NCBI GenBank assembly: GCA_965230975.1
Contig: OZ246402.1
Span: forward strand, 379,819-443,818
DNA: 64,000 nt
Direction of reading: 5' to 3'
From: an uncultured Candidatus Saccharibacteria bacterium
GTDB lineage: Bacteria > Patescibacteriota > Dojkabacteria > J137
This document shows positions 29,584 through 40,414 of the stretch, piece after piece. The translations under genes were made by a program, and so were the position numbers. Position 1 is the stretch's first letter. Each line of letters starts with the position of its first letter. The notes beneath the pieces are model-generated. The model made no database searches. It saw nothing but the letters and a program-made list of their open reading frames with translations, and had not been told where the DNA came from.

Positions 29584-30012
29584 TTAAACTAGCTCATTTT
29601 GTATTTCATCTATGGTATAGCTACCTGTCCACTTTTTCAAAAGATTACCGTTTTCGTCAACTTGTACAAATGTGTGCTGTACAGTTACACCATATCTTGC
29701 TCTCATAGAGTTTTCTTTTTCAAAATCAACCTTGTAAATTGTTATATTTGCTGGAATAGATGCAATATCTTTACTTAAGTTTTCATCTGCAACTGTGCAT
29801 GTTGAACACCAATTTGCTTTAAAAAACAAAATATTTTTTGAATTTAAAAACTTTGTGCCAGATTGATAATCTATGTAAGTAGATAAATTTACAGGTAACT
29901 CAGAAATGCTGGATTTTGTATTTGCACCATTAACTACACTTGCAAAGATAGTTACTACTAGTATAGCCAATCCAACAGCTACAATTTTTATATAATCTTT
30001 ATTAAATTTCAT
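29584..30012 (-). CDS. Membrane-anchored thioredoxin-family protein
   Basis: FFKANWCSTC and YGVTVQHTFVQVD motifs; ATG at 30012 preferred. Confidence 0.9.
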   Translation of the reverse strand: MKFNKDYIKIVAVGLAILVVTIFASVVNGANTKSSISELPVNLSTYIDYQSGTKFLNSKNILFFKANWCSTCTVADENLSKDIASIPANITIYKVDFEKENSMRARYGVTVQHTFVQVDENGNLLKKWTGSYTIDEIQNELV

Positions 30013-30143
30013 GTGACTAATTATACCATTTTTAGGCATCTAGCATGATTTTTCATAGATTTTTATTTATATAGAGTCTTCTAAAAAACTTTGTATAATA
30101 AAACAACTTTTTATGCGAAAATCTTAACAATTAGAATAAAAAT

Positions 30144-30842
30144 ATGAATATATTTAAAAAGTGGGCTTTAAAATCATCAAGAAAAAATGCTGAAAAGTAT
30201 TTTAATAAAACGCCTAAAGATAGAACATTAGAAGATTATTCAAGAATTTTTGGAGCAGATATATTAAATAACCTTATTAAAAGCTTAACAACAGAATCTG
30301 TAGTATTAGATTTAGGTGCAGGCGAGGGTAGAGCTGTTCATCAATTACGACTTTTAGGCTTTAAAACCGTTTTAGGGCTAGATATGTTTGCAACTAATCA
30401 ACCTTTAATTGTTGGAGACTTTTCAAATTTGCCTTTAAAACCACAAAGTATTGATGCCATAATTTCTTGTAGTGCAATGGGCTTTTATGCAAATACTCGA
30501 AAAGAGCTCTTAAAACAGTTTGAAGAGGTTAAGAGGGTTTTAAAACCTGGCGGATTATTGTTAGCTGTATTTTCTGCATCTTTAGATCAATCAACAAAAG
30601 ATTTGGTTGCGCAAAGAAATGGAAAGCTAGTTTTTAGGGAGCAGTATCAAATTGATATAAATAACAATCCAAATGCTTATAAATTTGAGCTTTGGAAGTA
30701 CAATGGTTCTCAAGATAAACCAAAGACAGATGATTCTAATACTGTTTTTATAAGGCTTGAAGAGATTGAAAAAGTGGGTTTTAATGTTAAGGCAATTAGT
30801 TATAATTATGGGTTGGTGAGTGTGTTGTTTATAGTGAGCTAA
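30144..30842 (+). CDS. Class I SAM-dependent methyltransferase
   Basis: VLDLGAGEG, GDFSNLP and RVLKPGG motifs. Confidence 0.9.
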   Translation: MNIFKKWALKSSRKNAEKYFNKTPKDRTLEDYSRIFGADILNNLIKSLTTESVVLDLGAGEGRAVHQLRLLGFKTVLGLDMFATNQPLIVGDFSNLPLKPQSIDAIISCSAMGFYANTRKELLKQFEEVKRVLKPGGLLLAVFSASLDQSTKDLVAQRNGKLVFREQYQIDINNNPNAYKFELWKYNGSQDKPKTDDSNTVFIRLEEIEKVGFNVKAISYNYGLVSVLFIVS

Positions 30843-30886
30843 TATTAACTTTATATTTATTATTATCTAAAAAATTCTTTAATCAT

Positions 30887-31600
30887 ATGGATCTACAAGC
30901 CAGACCCGAATCAATTAGTTTTAACTTACAAGGTATTCTTGATTATCGAAGAGGCTGGACTATATATCAGCCAAATCAAGATTTAGTAGGATTAGGGAAA
31001 CTTAAAACTGAAGATCGTGAGCTAGCAGATAGGTTTATAGATAGTACAAAATCTTTTTTACATCCGGATTATGCTTCAGAATCAGATAAAGTACGACAAG
31101 TTGAAAGAAGAACTTTTAAAATTCACTTAAAACTACCCTTGGAAAAAAAATCCCAAGTTTTGGAATTGCTAAAATCAAAGGCATTTGAACTAGGTTGTCC
31201 CACTTTTAAAGTTTACGAGGACTCTACTGAAATCAAAGATGCGAGATCAAATCCGACTGACCCTATAGCCAGCATGGTCTTTTATTTTGAGGGCGCCGGA
31301 GATAAATCTCCATCAGAAATTGCCAAGGCTTCAGTGGAATTTGCCAAGCGTTTGTCAGATGCACTGAAGGATATAACTAAAGATATTTATGCTCAGCCAA
31401 TCCCAAGATTCAGTTTTTCACTTCCATTTGCTGACCACTATATGAGCTTAACCCAAGGAGATGCGGATTTTAAATTAAGATGTTTTTGGCCTCCGATTTC
31501 ACAACCAAGTGACACCAATCCTTTTAAGAGTGATTCAAACAATGCTTTCTTTAAAGAGGACAATGAATCTATTTTAAGAATAATTGACAATGCTGTATGA
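30887..31600 (+). CDS. Hypothetical protein
   Basis: 237-aa ORF; stop overlaps the next start (ATGA). Confidence 0.75.
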   Translation: MDLQARPESISFNLQGILDYRRGWTIYQPNQDLVGLGKLKTEDRELADRFIDSTKSFLHPDYASESDKVRQVERRTFKIHLKLPLEKKSQVLELLKSKAFELGCPTFKVYEDSTEIKDARSNPTDPIASMVFYFEGAGDKSPSEIAKASVEFAKRLSDALKDITKDIYAQPIPRFSFSLPFADHYMSLTQGDADFKLRCFWPPISQPSDTNPFKSDSNNAFFKEDNESILRIIDNAV

Positions 31601-31947
31601 ACAATCCAAGAATTTACACAATGACTTTTGCAAGTGTTTACCCTCTTTATATTAAAAAGGTAGAAAAGAAGGGTAGAACTAAAGCCGAAGTAGATCAGGT
31701 TATTACATGGCTTACAGGATATAGTGAATCAGAACTTAGAGATCAAATTAATAAACAAAGCACTTTTGAGCAATTTTTTGCCCAAGCTCCTAAAATGAAT
31801 CCTAATAGATCTTTAATTACAGGTCTTATTTGCGGAATAAGGTTAGAAGATATTCAAGAACCTTTAATGAAAGAGATAAGATATTTAGACAAGCTTATTG
31901 ATGAATTGGCAAGAGGAAAAGTGATGGAAAAGATTTTGAGAAAATAA
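31597..31947 (+). CDS. DUF2200-family protein
   Basis: [26 protein letters not shown] and [14 protein letters not shown] motifs. Confidence 0.9.
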   Translation: MNNPRIYTMTFASVYPLYIKKVEKKGRTKAEVDQVITWLTGYSESELRDQINKQSTFEQFFAQAPKMNPNRSLITGLICGIRLEDIQEPLMKEIRYLDKLIDELARGKVMEKILRK

Positions 31948-32919
31948 TTAAGTGTTTATATTTACTTCGGGATAATAGTGGGGTAAAGATAAATCTTGTG
32001 TAAAAAGATCACCTACCTCTGAAGGAAAACTCATAAAGTCAGATTTATTATGGATGCTTCTAGTCAATGTTGTACCATTCATATATTTGAAAATAGTATC
32101 TTGCACATTAGATTGATCTAAAGGCTCTTGTTCTCGCTGTGTCAAATACCACGTATATATTGCTCTAACACTAAAAAAACTTCTTATCTCGGGTATATCA
32201 CCTATAAGCTCGTATAGTGATTTTACCTTTTGTATTCTAGATATGGTGATTTTCTGATTGTAACTTTCTCTAAGTGTAAGTATTCTTTTACACGAAGTAT
32301 CTGTTGCTCCAGCCAAATATATTTTTGTTATAAACTTATGCTTTGCATGCCGTAAGAGTATTCCTAGTTCTGTAGTTAATTGCCCCCCTTTATAAGCACA
32401 ATCATCAATAACTCTCACCTCTTCATCATTAAATTCTAAAGAGTCTGATTTGCTATATTTTAGAATTTTTACAATTATTCCCCTTTTTCTGGCTTCTTTT
32501 AAGACTAATCTAAGCATGTACTGATTGCTATTAAAGGACTTGTTGCTTTGAATGTTAAATTCTTCACCTGATTGCATTGCATCATAAATATAAAATGTAA
32601 CATGATCACCTTTTTTTAGGCCTTCTAATGCAACTTCAGCTGTTTGCATAAGTGTTTGTTCATCTATAAAGGAGATTTTGCTGATTAAAGCAGATTGCAG
32701 TGTTTCGACTGCTTGCATATTTATAGTAGGCTTATCATCTAAAAAATATGTTGATATGAAAGTCTGAATTTCTCTAAGTGTTAGAGGGTTGTTAACTCTT
32801 TTGTCTTGCATTATTTCTTGCAAGTTATTATAAATCTCAAGGCATTTATTCACCAACGCTTCGGTCATATTGTCAATATTATGTTCGGGGATTTTAAAAT
32901 CCAAGGGTTGGTAAATCAT
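31948..32919 (-). CDS. Phosphoribosyltransferase-like protein
   Basis: VIDDCAYKGGQL resembles the PRPP-binding loop. Confidence 0.6.
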   Translation of the reverse strand: MIYQPLDFKIPEHNIDNMTEALVNKCLEIYNNLQEIMQDKRVNNPLTLREIQTFISTYFLDDKPTINMQAVETLQSALISKISFIDEQTLMQTAEVALEGLKKGDHVTFYIYDAMQSGEEFNIQSNKSFNSNQYMLRLVLKEARKRGIIVKILKYSKSDSLEFNDEEVRVIDDCAYKGGQLTTELGILLRHAKHKFITKIYLAGATDTSCKRILTLRESYNQKITISRIQKVKSLYELIGDIPEIRSFFSVRAIYTWYLTQREQEPLDQSNVQDTIFKYMNGTTLTRSIHNKSDFMSFPSEVGDLFTQDLSLPHYYPEVNINT

Positions 32920-32993
32920 AAATCTAATATTTCAGTTATATTAGTATATTACATATTTAAGGAAAAAAAGTGCTTTTTAAGGATTTTAGCTAA

Positions 32994-33078
32994 TGCAGAC
33001 GACAGGACTCGAACCTGCACCCCATTAACTGGGACTAACACCTCAAGCTAGCGCGTATACCAATTCCGCCACGTCTGC
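32994..33078 (-). tRNA. tRNA-Leu(GAG), CCA not encoded
   Basis: Cloverleaf GCAGACG/CGTCTGC, anticodon loop TT-GAG-GT, long variable arm, GGTTCGAGTCC. Confidence 0.96.
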
Positions 33079-33120
33079 ACCTTCAATTGTATAAAAACAT
33101 CACTTCTTATAATAATTATG

Positions 33121-33199
33121 CAATTCTCCCGACGTGTCGGGACTAAGATCTTTCAATTCTCGTTACCCTCGAATGAAATCTCTTGAGCGCCACGTCTGC
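33121..33199 (-). repeat. Duplicate of the tRNA-Leu 5' end interrupted by a 61-nt structured insert
   Basis: Minus strand reads GCAGACGTGGCG-[61 nt]-GAATTG versus GCAGACGTGGCGGAATTG in the tRNA. Confidence 0.7.
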
Positions 33200-33304
33200 A
33201 TAAAAATTTGAAGTATGCAATTATACTTTAAAAATTCAATTTATTACTAACAGTAATAGCAAAATTTAAAAATTTACGTTAAAATACATAGCTTCCAAAG
33301 AACT

Positions 33305-33381
33305 GGAGCGGTAGCTCAACTGGTTAGAGCATTCGCCTGTCACGCGAAAGGTTGCGAGTTCGAATCTCGTCCGTTCCGCCA
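33305..33381 (+). tRNA. tRNA-Asp(GTC), CCA encoded
   Basis: GGAGCGG...CT-GTC-AC...GTTCGAATC...CCGTTCCGCCA. Confidence 0.97.
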
Positions 33382-33447
33382 ATAAAACAAATTCCTCTTT
33401 TCTAATACAAAACTCATGTTAAAATCTTCGCATTTAAATTTAATTAC

Positions 33448-34521
33448 ATGGGAGATTTAGAACAAGGATCTAATGAAACAGAAAATACTAGCTATAGGTT
33501 CAGGGCATATTTTAATGACAAGCTAGATAATTTTAGGGCACAAGTAGATGGCTTGATAGTAGACTATAACTCCCAAAATTTTGATTTAAACGAAAAGGGT
33601 CTAATCTTATTAAGAATAATCGAAATTTTCAGAAAAGACTACTTTCAAATACTTGCAGAAGTTCAAGAAATGTTGCCACAGGTAGAATCAGATAAAGACA
33701 GCTTAATCGATCCAGAAATAATAGATGACATTAGAATTTCCCCAAACAACTTTAAAGAAATAGAATTAGAATACTTAGCTAGTAAGTTAAATATTACTCA
33801 ATCAGACTTTGACACTATTAAAAATCAAATGCTTGGGTATTTAGATTCTGAATTAGCAGATTTAGAGACTAAATTGAATGCTACTCGCAATGCAAAAGCA
33901 GCAGCACTCCATTCAGGGGTTAAACTTACCTATAGAGTTTATCAGTATAGCAGAGAAGAGAAAAAAGTCTTTTACGCTACTCAACAAAAACTAAAAAGGC
34001 ATCGAGATATAATAGAAAGAGCAATTAAGAAAAATACGTTTAAAGAGATTATTGTTGAGCCCAACGAGTTGAATTTTTTTGACAAAAAGAATTTACTAAA
34101 CATTCTGTTTACACGAACACTTGAAATTTCTAGAAATGATGCAAAATTTCCGAGCATATCAAATTATTTAGCATATATTGCTTTAGTAATAATAATGATA
34201 GAGGGTCTTCAAAACCTTAACTTACCAGATATAAATAAAGATGTAGTTTTAATAGATGCTATAGAGACTATTATTTCTGTAATTCTTTTAGAGATTAGCT
34301 TTTTAGAAGTTAAACGTTGGGTGGAGTATAGAAAATTTAAAAGAGATTTAAAGAGCAATTTAAATGCACAAATTCAATCTTTAGTTAAAGAAGATGAAAA
34401 GCAAAAGATTCAACCTGCTCTGGATGCTATAGATCATTTATTAGATGAATCTACAGAAGATCTGTCTAGAATAGAATTGGATGATGATGGAGAATTGACT
34501 GAGGGTGGAAGGGAACAATAA
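33448..34521 (+). CDS. Hypothetical coiled-coil protein with two TM segments
   Basis: 357-aa ORF, two hydrophobic segments near the C-terminus, acidic tail. Confidence 0.75.
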   Translation: MGDLEQGSNETENTSYRFRAYFNDKLDNFRAQVDGLIVDYNSQNFDLNEKGLILLRIIEIFRKDYFQILAEVQEMLPQVESDKDSLIDPEIIDDIRISPNNFKEIELEYLASKLNITQSDFDTIKNQMLGYLDSELADLETKLNATRNAKAAALHSGVKLTYRVYQYSREEKKVFYATQQKLKRHRDIIERAIKKNTFKEIIVEPNELNFFDKKNLLNILFTRTLEISRNDAKFPSISNYLAYIALVIIMIEGLQNLNLPDINKDVVLIDAIETIISVILLEISFLEVKRWVEYRKFKRDLKSNLNAQIQSLVKEDEKQKIQPALDAIDHLLDESTEDLSRIELDDDGELTEGGREQ

Positions 34522-34539
34522 TCAAGTTTTATTAAAAAA

Positions 34540-35559
34540 TCACGTTTCTTTCAAGTATTTTTCAATTTTCTCGCAAATACTACCTGTATAATGATAAAGT
34601 TGTCTTAAAGTGTAGCCGGTCTCTCGCTCAATAGATAGTAAAGATTTATACCTACCTCTTTGGTCCATTTGTAAAACTTGATTAAAAACAATAATTTCAT
34701 TTTCAGATAATAAATTTGTAAAACTTGAAGATTCTATAATAGGATTTTCTAGGTTAACAAAAGTATTTACAATAACAGAATGTCTTTCTGTTAATGGCTC
34801 ATTTTGATCATCTAATAGAGTATCTTGTGAGTACGGATTTTCTATTTTATACAAAATCTTTTTTATTTCTGCAGATAATCTAGACTGCCTAGTTTCTAAT
34901 ATTTGAGCAATTGAAGTTAAAGTTGCATATTCACCATTTTGCATTCTTGATTTCAAAAGCTCATTAACTATACTTTCTTGAAATGGAGTAAGCTGCCAAT
35001 CTTGTGGAATAGAATTTAAAGAATTAAGTAGTTTTAATAGTTTTTGATGAGGATTATCTGAAATTTCATCTTTTTTAGTAATAGAAAAGTTAAATTTCTT
35101 TGCAATACTTTCCAACCATCTTTTAGATGACTGAGGCGTTATTTCTAGCATATTGGCAATTTCGTAATAGCTAGTAAAAGTACCACTTAAATATAAATCT
35201 TTAACAAAGAGTAAAAGAAATACTTGATCTATTAGCTCTAAGTTTGTAAATGGAATATTTTTTACTTGTAAAACGTAAGTAGCCAAAAGATAGCTTGGTG
35301 TCTGATAACCATTGTATAATTGAACGATTTGCCTAGAATTAGAATAGTTTAATGTTCCAATTTCAAAATTTTCTTTAAACTTTTTTATTATTCTTAGTAT
35401 CAAAAATTTAATAGCATAAGGATGATACGTTTTTAACCATACAATAATTTCAAGAGTTAAGGGTATTTCAAGTACTAGAATTTCGCGTAGGTTGTATTCC
35501 TTAATAGTGTTCTCTCCAAAAGTTTCAAGCAAGAGTCTTTGCTGGTTATTAGCAGTCAT
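34540..35559 (-). CDS. Hypothetical protein with repeated sigma70 region-4-like HTH modules
   Basis: SYYEIANMLEITPQS; LTPFQESIV...TLTSIAQIL; LSENEIIVF...SLLSIERETG. Confidence 0.55.
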   Translation of the reverse strand: MTANNQQRLLLETFGENTIKEYNLREILVLEIPLTLEIIVWLKTYHPYAIKFLILRIIKKFKENFEIGTLNYSNSRQIVQLYNGYQTPSYLLATYVLQVKNIPFTNLELIDQVFLLLFVKDLYLSGTFTSYYEIANMLEITPQSSKRWLESIAKKFNFSITKKDEISDNPHQKLLKLLNSLNSIPQDWQLTPFQESIVNELLKSRMQNGEYATLTSIAQILETRQSRLSAEIKKILYKIENPYSQDTLLDDQNEPLTERHSVIVNTFVNLENPIIESSSFTNLLSENEIIVFNQVLQMDQRGRYKSLLSIERETGYTLRQLYHYTGSICEKIEKYLKET

Positions 35560-35669
35560 TTTTTTATGAATCAGTTTTTAATTGCGTGATTATATTAATA
35601 GACTTGATTTTTAGCAACATTAACAAAAACTTAAATGACAAAATGTTTTTTCTATAATAGAATTGATGT

Positions 35670-35945
35670 ATGCCAAGATACAAAAAACTATTTAAAGATA
35701 TGTTAGAACAAAATTCTGAATTATTTACAGAATTTGAATCTTTACATAATGCCAAACCTAGAGATGTTAAAGAATTTAACAGAGTAGGTGAGCAGGTTAT
35801 GGATTTAATAAGACAGTACATTGATGATTTGTGCAGAACTTCGGAAGGCTCCGGTTATGGTTCTACTACTCAAAACTTAAGCGACAAATTTATGAACGAA
35901 GTACGTTCAAAATTCCCCGATATAGATGATGTAGGTATTGAATAA
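35670..35945 (+). CDS. Small hypothetical protein
   Basis: 91-aa ORF; TAGAAT 6 nt before the ATG. Confidence 0.75.
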   Translation: MPRYKKLFKDMLEQNSELFTEFESLHNAKPRDVKEFNRVGEQVMDLIRQYIDDLCRTSEGSGYGSTTQNLSDKFMNEVRSKFPDIDDVGIE

Positions 35946-36006
35946 ATATAAAATACTGACAGAAATAAACAATAAGTGTTAGAATCCCCTCAATAAAAAG
36001 ATTTAT

Positions 36007-36933
36007 ATGCAACCTCAACTTGCGATTAATTGGGAAATACCCGAAGACTTTAAAGACACATGTTTAAAATATAATCCAAGTTGGGGTAAGGAAAGAATTG
36101 AACTAGAGTTAACTTACCTTGAATTAATAAAAGCATATAAATTAAATTTAGAACTATATAATTCTACGGGAATAGCAAGTTATCAAAGACTTTCAGAAGA
36201 AAATCTTACTACAATACTTAACTTATTAGAGAGGTATATAAAAGGTGTAATTGTCAAAAGTCTACCAAAGGGTATTTGTTTAGCGTCGGTTGAAGATGAA
36301 TTGCTCAGCATAGCAAATACAATAACAGTTAAGTATATTCAGGAAAAATATAAACCTCCAGTCCCATTCACTTCATACATAGCAAAACCTATAAGAGCTT
36401 ATTTTAACCTATATTTTAGGCAGGTCACTAAAGAGGATATGCATATTTCCTATGAAGATGGCGAATTAGAAATATATTCAATTTTTGAAGATCCAGCATA
36501 TGTTTATGAGGAAAAAAACACATTTGAGACAATTTTAGAAATTTTTTTAGAAAAATATTCTCCGAATATAACTAGAATATCGGTAATACTAATAGAATTG
36601 GGCTATGATTTTGAATTTGTAATGCGAAAGCTTAAAGAAAAGTACTTTGAACTTTTACAAAAGATTGTGGATAGCTCAAAAACTAGTGTAGCAGAAAGAG
36701 AGTTGTTAGTTAGTTCACTATTATTTTGTATTCAATCTATTGATAACTATTTACTTTCTTATAACACTTTTAAGCAAGAGATGAATATCAAAGGTATTAT
36801 TGTTAATAATTTAACCTTCTCAATGCTTGCTGAAATCTTCTCGGAAAATCCTCATAATATTAGATACTATATCCGAAATGGGAAGACCTTTGTTAAATCT
36901 TATTTCCAAGATTTAGAACAATCAGAAATTTAA
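36007..36933 (+). CDS. Highly divergent sigma70-like protein
   Basis: Region-2-like EDELLSIAN...EKYKP..PFTSYIAKPIR; region-4-like LTFSMLAEIFSENPHNIR. Confidence 0.55.
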   Translation: MQPQLAINWEIPEDFKDTCLKYNPSWGKERIELELTYLELIKAYKLNLELYNSTGIASYQRLSEENLTTILNLLERYIKGVIVKSLPKGICLASVEDELLSIANTITVKYIQEKYKPPVPFTSYIAKPIRAYFNLYFRQVTKEDMHISYEDGELEIYSIFEDPAYVYEEKNTFETILEIFLEKYSPNITRISVILIELGYDFEFVMRKLKEKYFELLQKIVDSSKTSVAERELLVSSLLFCIQSIDNYLLSYNTFKQEMNIKGIIVNNLTFSMLAEIFSENPHNIRYYIRNGKTFVKSYFQDLEQSEI

Positions 36934-36939
36934 ACGTCC

Positions 36940-36968
36940 TTGACGTACACCTGGGGGGGAGGTATAGT
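36940..36968 (+). promoter_or_regulatory. Copper operon promoter with CsoR-type operator
   Basis: TTGACG-17-TATAGT; the spacer holds TAC-ACC-T-G7-A-GGTA, a TAC...G-tract...GTA operator. Confidence 0.85.
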
Positions 36969-36974
36969 ATAGTC

Positions 36975-37244
36975 ATGACAGATCACGAACATCACCAAAA
37001 TAAACAAAAAGCAGCTATTGCAGTAAAAAAAGCTAGTGGATTAACTACAAAAATAAATACTTTAATAGACCAAGATGAATATTGCCCAAATATAATTCAG
37101 CAAATAGATGCAGCTATAGGATTGTTGCAAGCTTCTAAAAAAACTTTGTTAAAAGGACACCTAAACCATTGTTTAGAAGAGAATTTAAAAAAAGATAAAA
37201 TAAAAGCAGTTGAAGAATTAGTGAAAATTTTTGATTTAAAATAA
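36975..37244 (+). CDS. csoR: CsoR-family metal-sensing repressor
   Basis: YCPNIIQQI...HLNHC Cys/His/Cys signature. Confidence 0.92.
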   Translation: MTDHEHHQNKQKAAIAVKKASGLTTKINTLIDQDEYCPNIIQQIDAAIGLLQASKKTLLKGHLNHCLEENLKKDKIKAVEELVKIFDLK

Positions 37245-37249
37245 AAAAT

Positions 37250-37687
37250 ATGACTATTAAAAAAAGTACGCTAAAAAATATAGCTTTAGCTACAAGTGCA
37301 ATTTTTTTTGGAGTAGCACTTTTAGTATTCCTAACATCAAACAAACCTATTTCAGGAGGTGTAAATAACCAAAACTCAACAGCAAATACAAACACTACAA
37401 CGGCTCAAATAGTAGATGGCAAACAAATTGCAGAAATAACGGCAAATTTTAATGGATACCAACCAGCAGTTTTAGAATTAAAGGCAGGAATACCAACAAC
37501 CTTAAAAGTAACTTCTGTAAATAATTTTGGATGTGGGTCTGCATTAAGAGTCCCAAAGCTTGGAATATCTGCAAATTTACCAATAAACGGAGTAAATGAA
37601 ATCGATTTAGGAACACAATCATCTGGAACAACTTTGGATGTAATGTGTTCTATGGGAATGTATAGAATGAAACTTAAATTTGTTTAA
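37250..37687 (+). CDS. Membrane-anchored cupredoxin-domain protein
   Basis: GYQP, GCG and CSMGMY motifs. Confidence 0.88.
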   Translation: MTIKKSTLKNIALATSAIFFGVALLVFLTSNKPISGGVNNQNSTANTNTTTAQIVDGKQIAEITANFNGYQPAVLELKAGIPTTLKVTSVNNFGCGSALRVPKLGISANLPINGVNEIDLGTQSSGTTLDVMCSMGMYRMKLKFV

Positions 37688-37695
37688 TAAATAAC

Positions 37696-37932
37696 ATGAC
37701 TTATCAAATAACAGTACCACAAATAAAGTGCAATGGGTGCACATCTTTAATAACATTAACATTAGAAGATACTTTCGAAAATATAGAATCTAGTGTAGAA
37801 AACAAAACAGTAAAGTTTGAAAGTGATTTGAGAGAAGAAGATATAAAATTAAAACTAGATAAGCTATTCGAAGAACTTGAAGGTAATCAACATAAATACC
37901 ATTATACAGATTTAATTGTTTTGAATTCGTAA
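37696..37932 (+). CDS. copZ: Heavy-metal-associated (CopZ-like) chaperone
   Basis: IKCNGC HMA motif, 78 aa. Confidence 0.8.
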   Translation: MTYQITVPQIKCNGCTSLITLTLEDTFENIESSVENKTVKFESDLREEDIKLKLDKLFEELEGNQHKYHYTDLIVLNS

Positions 37933-37978
37933 ACAGATAATTACCAAATAATTAACGATAAGTTATTATATTTATTCC

Positions 37979-40336
37979 ATGCAAAAGACAACAATCCCAG
38001 TCAAAGGAATGCATTGTGCAAGTTGTGCATTAACAATAGAAAAAACGTTGAAAAAAGTAGATGGGGTTCAGGTTTGCGAGGTAAATTACGGGACAGAAAA
38101 GTTAAAAATTGAGTTTGATCCTAAAAAGACAGATTTAAAAACTTTAAATAGCAATATTGAACCCTTAGGATATAGTATTGATTCTGAAGTTGTAAGTCAA
38201 TCTTCACAATCACTTTCGCATACTATGCCCAATGGAACCGTAATGAAAGCATTGGAGCATGGAGTTCATGGAATGGATCATTCAGAGCATTTAGGTTTAA
38301 ATCAATTAAAAGAATCAAAGTTAAAAGAGCTTGAAGAACAAAAACAAAAGATTAGACTAATTTTACCAATTACATTGCTAACCTTTATATTAATGATGTG
38401 GGAGATTGGTTCAATGAGCTTCAGTTGGGTGCCCATGTTTTTAATTCCAAAAGAGATTTATTCAGCTGGGTCATTTTTGTTAGCAACATTAACTCTTTTT
38501 TGGATAGGAAAACCTTTTTTAAAAAGGGTTTTAACTTTTATTAAATATAGGGTTGCAAACATGGATACCTTGGTAGGAATTGGGACTTTAACTGCATATA
38601 TTTACAGCACAATTATTTACCTGCTTCCATCTGTTAGAAATTTATTAAATATCTCCGATTTTACATATTTTGATGTAACAATTGTTGTTATTGGCTTTAT
38701 AACATTTGGAAAATATTTAGAAGCTAGATCTAAATTAAAAACCGGCGAAGCAATTGAGAAATTAATTGGTTTGCAAGCAAAAACAGCATTGGTAGAAAGG
38801 GATGGAAAAGAATTAGAGGTTGCAATAGAAAATGTTGGAATTAATGAGGTCGTTATAGTAAAACCAGGTGGGAAAATCCCTGTAGATGGAGTAATTATTG
38901 AGGGTAAATCTAGTGTAGATGAGTCTATGATTACCGGAGAACCAATCCCCGTAGATAAAAATATTGAAGATACAGTAATTGGCGGAACAATAAATAAACA
39001 GGGTGCTTTTAAATTTAGGGCAACAAAAGTAGGCTCAGAAACGTTATTGGCAAACATAATAAAAATGGTAGAGGAGGCGCAAGGGTCACGAGCTCCAATT
39101 CAAAGACTAGCAGACCAAATTTCAGGTGTGTTTGTTCCGGTTGTATTGGTTTTAGCGGTTTTAAGTTTGATTGGCTGGGTTTTGATTGGGTCTCAGTATA
39201 TGCCGTTAAACCAGGCGTTTTCTTTTGGCATAGTTAATTTTGTGGGTGTTTTGGTTATTGCCTGCCCTTGCGCCTTAGGGTTAGCTACTCCTACTGCAAT
39301 AATTGTTGGGACTGGTAAAGGAGCAGAAAATGGGATTTTAATTAAAGATGCAGAAAGTTTAGAAAAACTGCATAAAGTAAATACTATTGTTACAGATAAA
39401 ACAGGAACTATTACAAACGGGAAGCCAGTTGTAACAGATATAATCGTAATAAAGTCCGAGAAATCATTCAACGACTCTAAAGCTTTGCAAATTTTAGCTT
39501 CGCTAGAAAAGAATTCGGAGCATCCATTGTCACTAGCTATCTTGGATAAAGCTAATGAGAGTGGGCTAGAACTTTCAAAAGTTGAAGACTTTGAAACAAT
39601 TTCAGGCAAAGGTTTAATGGGTAAGATTGATGGAGAAATTTATTACGCTGGTAACTTAAGGTTATTGGAAGATTTAAAAATTAATTTAAATGTTTCTCAA
39701 CTGGATACCTTATTAAACTCTGGAAAAACTCCAGTATTATTAGCTACAAAAAAGGAATTATTAGCAATTATTGGAATTGCAGATACATTAAAAGATAACG
39801 CAAAAGATACTGTGGCAAAACTTCACAAACTTGGAATTAAAGTGGTAATGCTTACGGGTGACAATCGAAAAACAGCAAATTATATTGCTAAACAAGTTGG
39901 AATAGATACTGTAATTGCAGAAGTTTTGCCACAAGAAAAGAGTATAAAAATCAAAGAGCTTCAAAAAGAGGGGCGATTTGTAGCTATGGTTGGGGATGGT
40001 GTTAATGATGCGCCCGCCTTGGCACAAGCAGATGTTGGTATTGCAATGGGAACAGGAACAGATGTTGCAATTGAATCTGCATCTATAACATTGTTAAAAG
40101 GTGATTTTTCTAAAGTTCTTAAATCAATAAGGTTGTCTAAATTTACTATGAGAGCTATAAAGCAAAATCTATTTTGGGCCTTTATATATAATGTTATTGG
40201 AATACCAGTTGCAATGGGTTTACTGTATCCACTCTTGGGAATATTACTAAACCCAGCAGTGGCCGGCGCTGCAATGGGATTTAGTAGCGTGTCGGTTGTT
40301 TTAAATTCTTTAAGACTAAAACTAACAAAGATATAA
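37979..40336 (+). CDS. copA: Copper-translocating P1B-type ATPase
   Basis: GMHCASC, TGE, CPC, DKTGT, SEHP, GDGVND and YN motifs. Confidence 0.97.
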   Translation: MQKTTIPVKGMHCASCALTIEKTLKKVDGVQVCEVNYGTEKLKIEFDPKKTDLKTLNSNIEPLGYSIDSEVVSQSSQSLSHTMPNGTVMKALEHGVHGMDHSEHLGLNQLKESKLKELEEQKQKIRLILPITLLTFILMMWEIGSMSFSWVPMFLIPKEIYSAGSFLLATLTLFWIGKPFLKRVLTFIKYRVANMDTLVGIGTLTAYIYSTIIYLLPSVRNLLNISDFTYFDVTIVVIGFITFGKYLEARSKLKTGEAIEKLIGLQAKTALVERDGKELEVAIENVGINEVVIVKPGGKIPVDGVIIEGKSSVDESMITGEPIPVDKNIEDTVIGGTINKQGAFKFRATKVGSETLLANIIKMVEEAQGSRAPIQRLADQISGVFVPVVLVLAVLSLIGWVLIGSQYMPLNQAFSFGIVNFVGVLVIACPCALGLATPTAIIVGTGKGAENGILIKDAESLEKLHKVNTIVTDKTGTITNGKPVVTDIIVIKSEKSFNDSKALQILASLEKNSEHPLSLAILDKANESGLELSKVEDFETISGKGLMGKIDGEIYYAGNLRLLEDLKINLNVSQLDTLLNSGKTPVLLATKKELLAIIGIADTLKDNAKDTVAKLHKLGIKVVMLTGDNRKTANYIAKQVGIDTVIAEVLPQEKSIKIKELQKEGRFVAMVGDGVNDAPALAQADVGIAMGTGTDVAIESASITLLKGDFSKVLKSIRLSKFTMRAIKQNLFWAFIYNVIGIPVAMGLLYPLLGILLNPAVAGAAMGFSSVSVVLNSLRLKLTKI

Positions 40337-40414
40337 ATTCTCAATATTTTTGTTTGAGCCTATGCAATAACCTCATTATCAAAAAAAAAGACTTACAACT
40401 TAAAACTAAAAAAC

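Noticed and set aside
38617-40344. Antisense ORFs within copA (and similar shadow ORFs in rluD, sufB, proS, asnB, rplU, radC, cca, pnp and the giant gene)
   Set aside because: Shadow frames of well-supported genes with no independent motifs.
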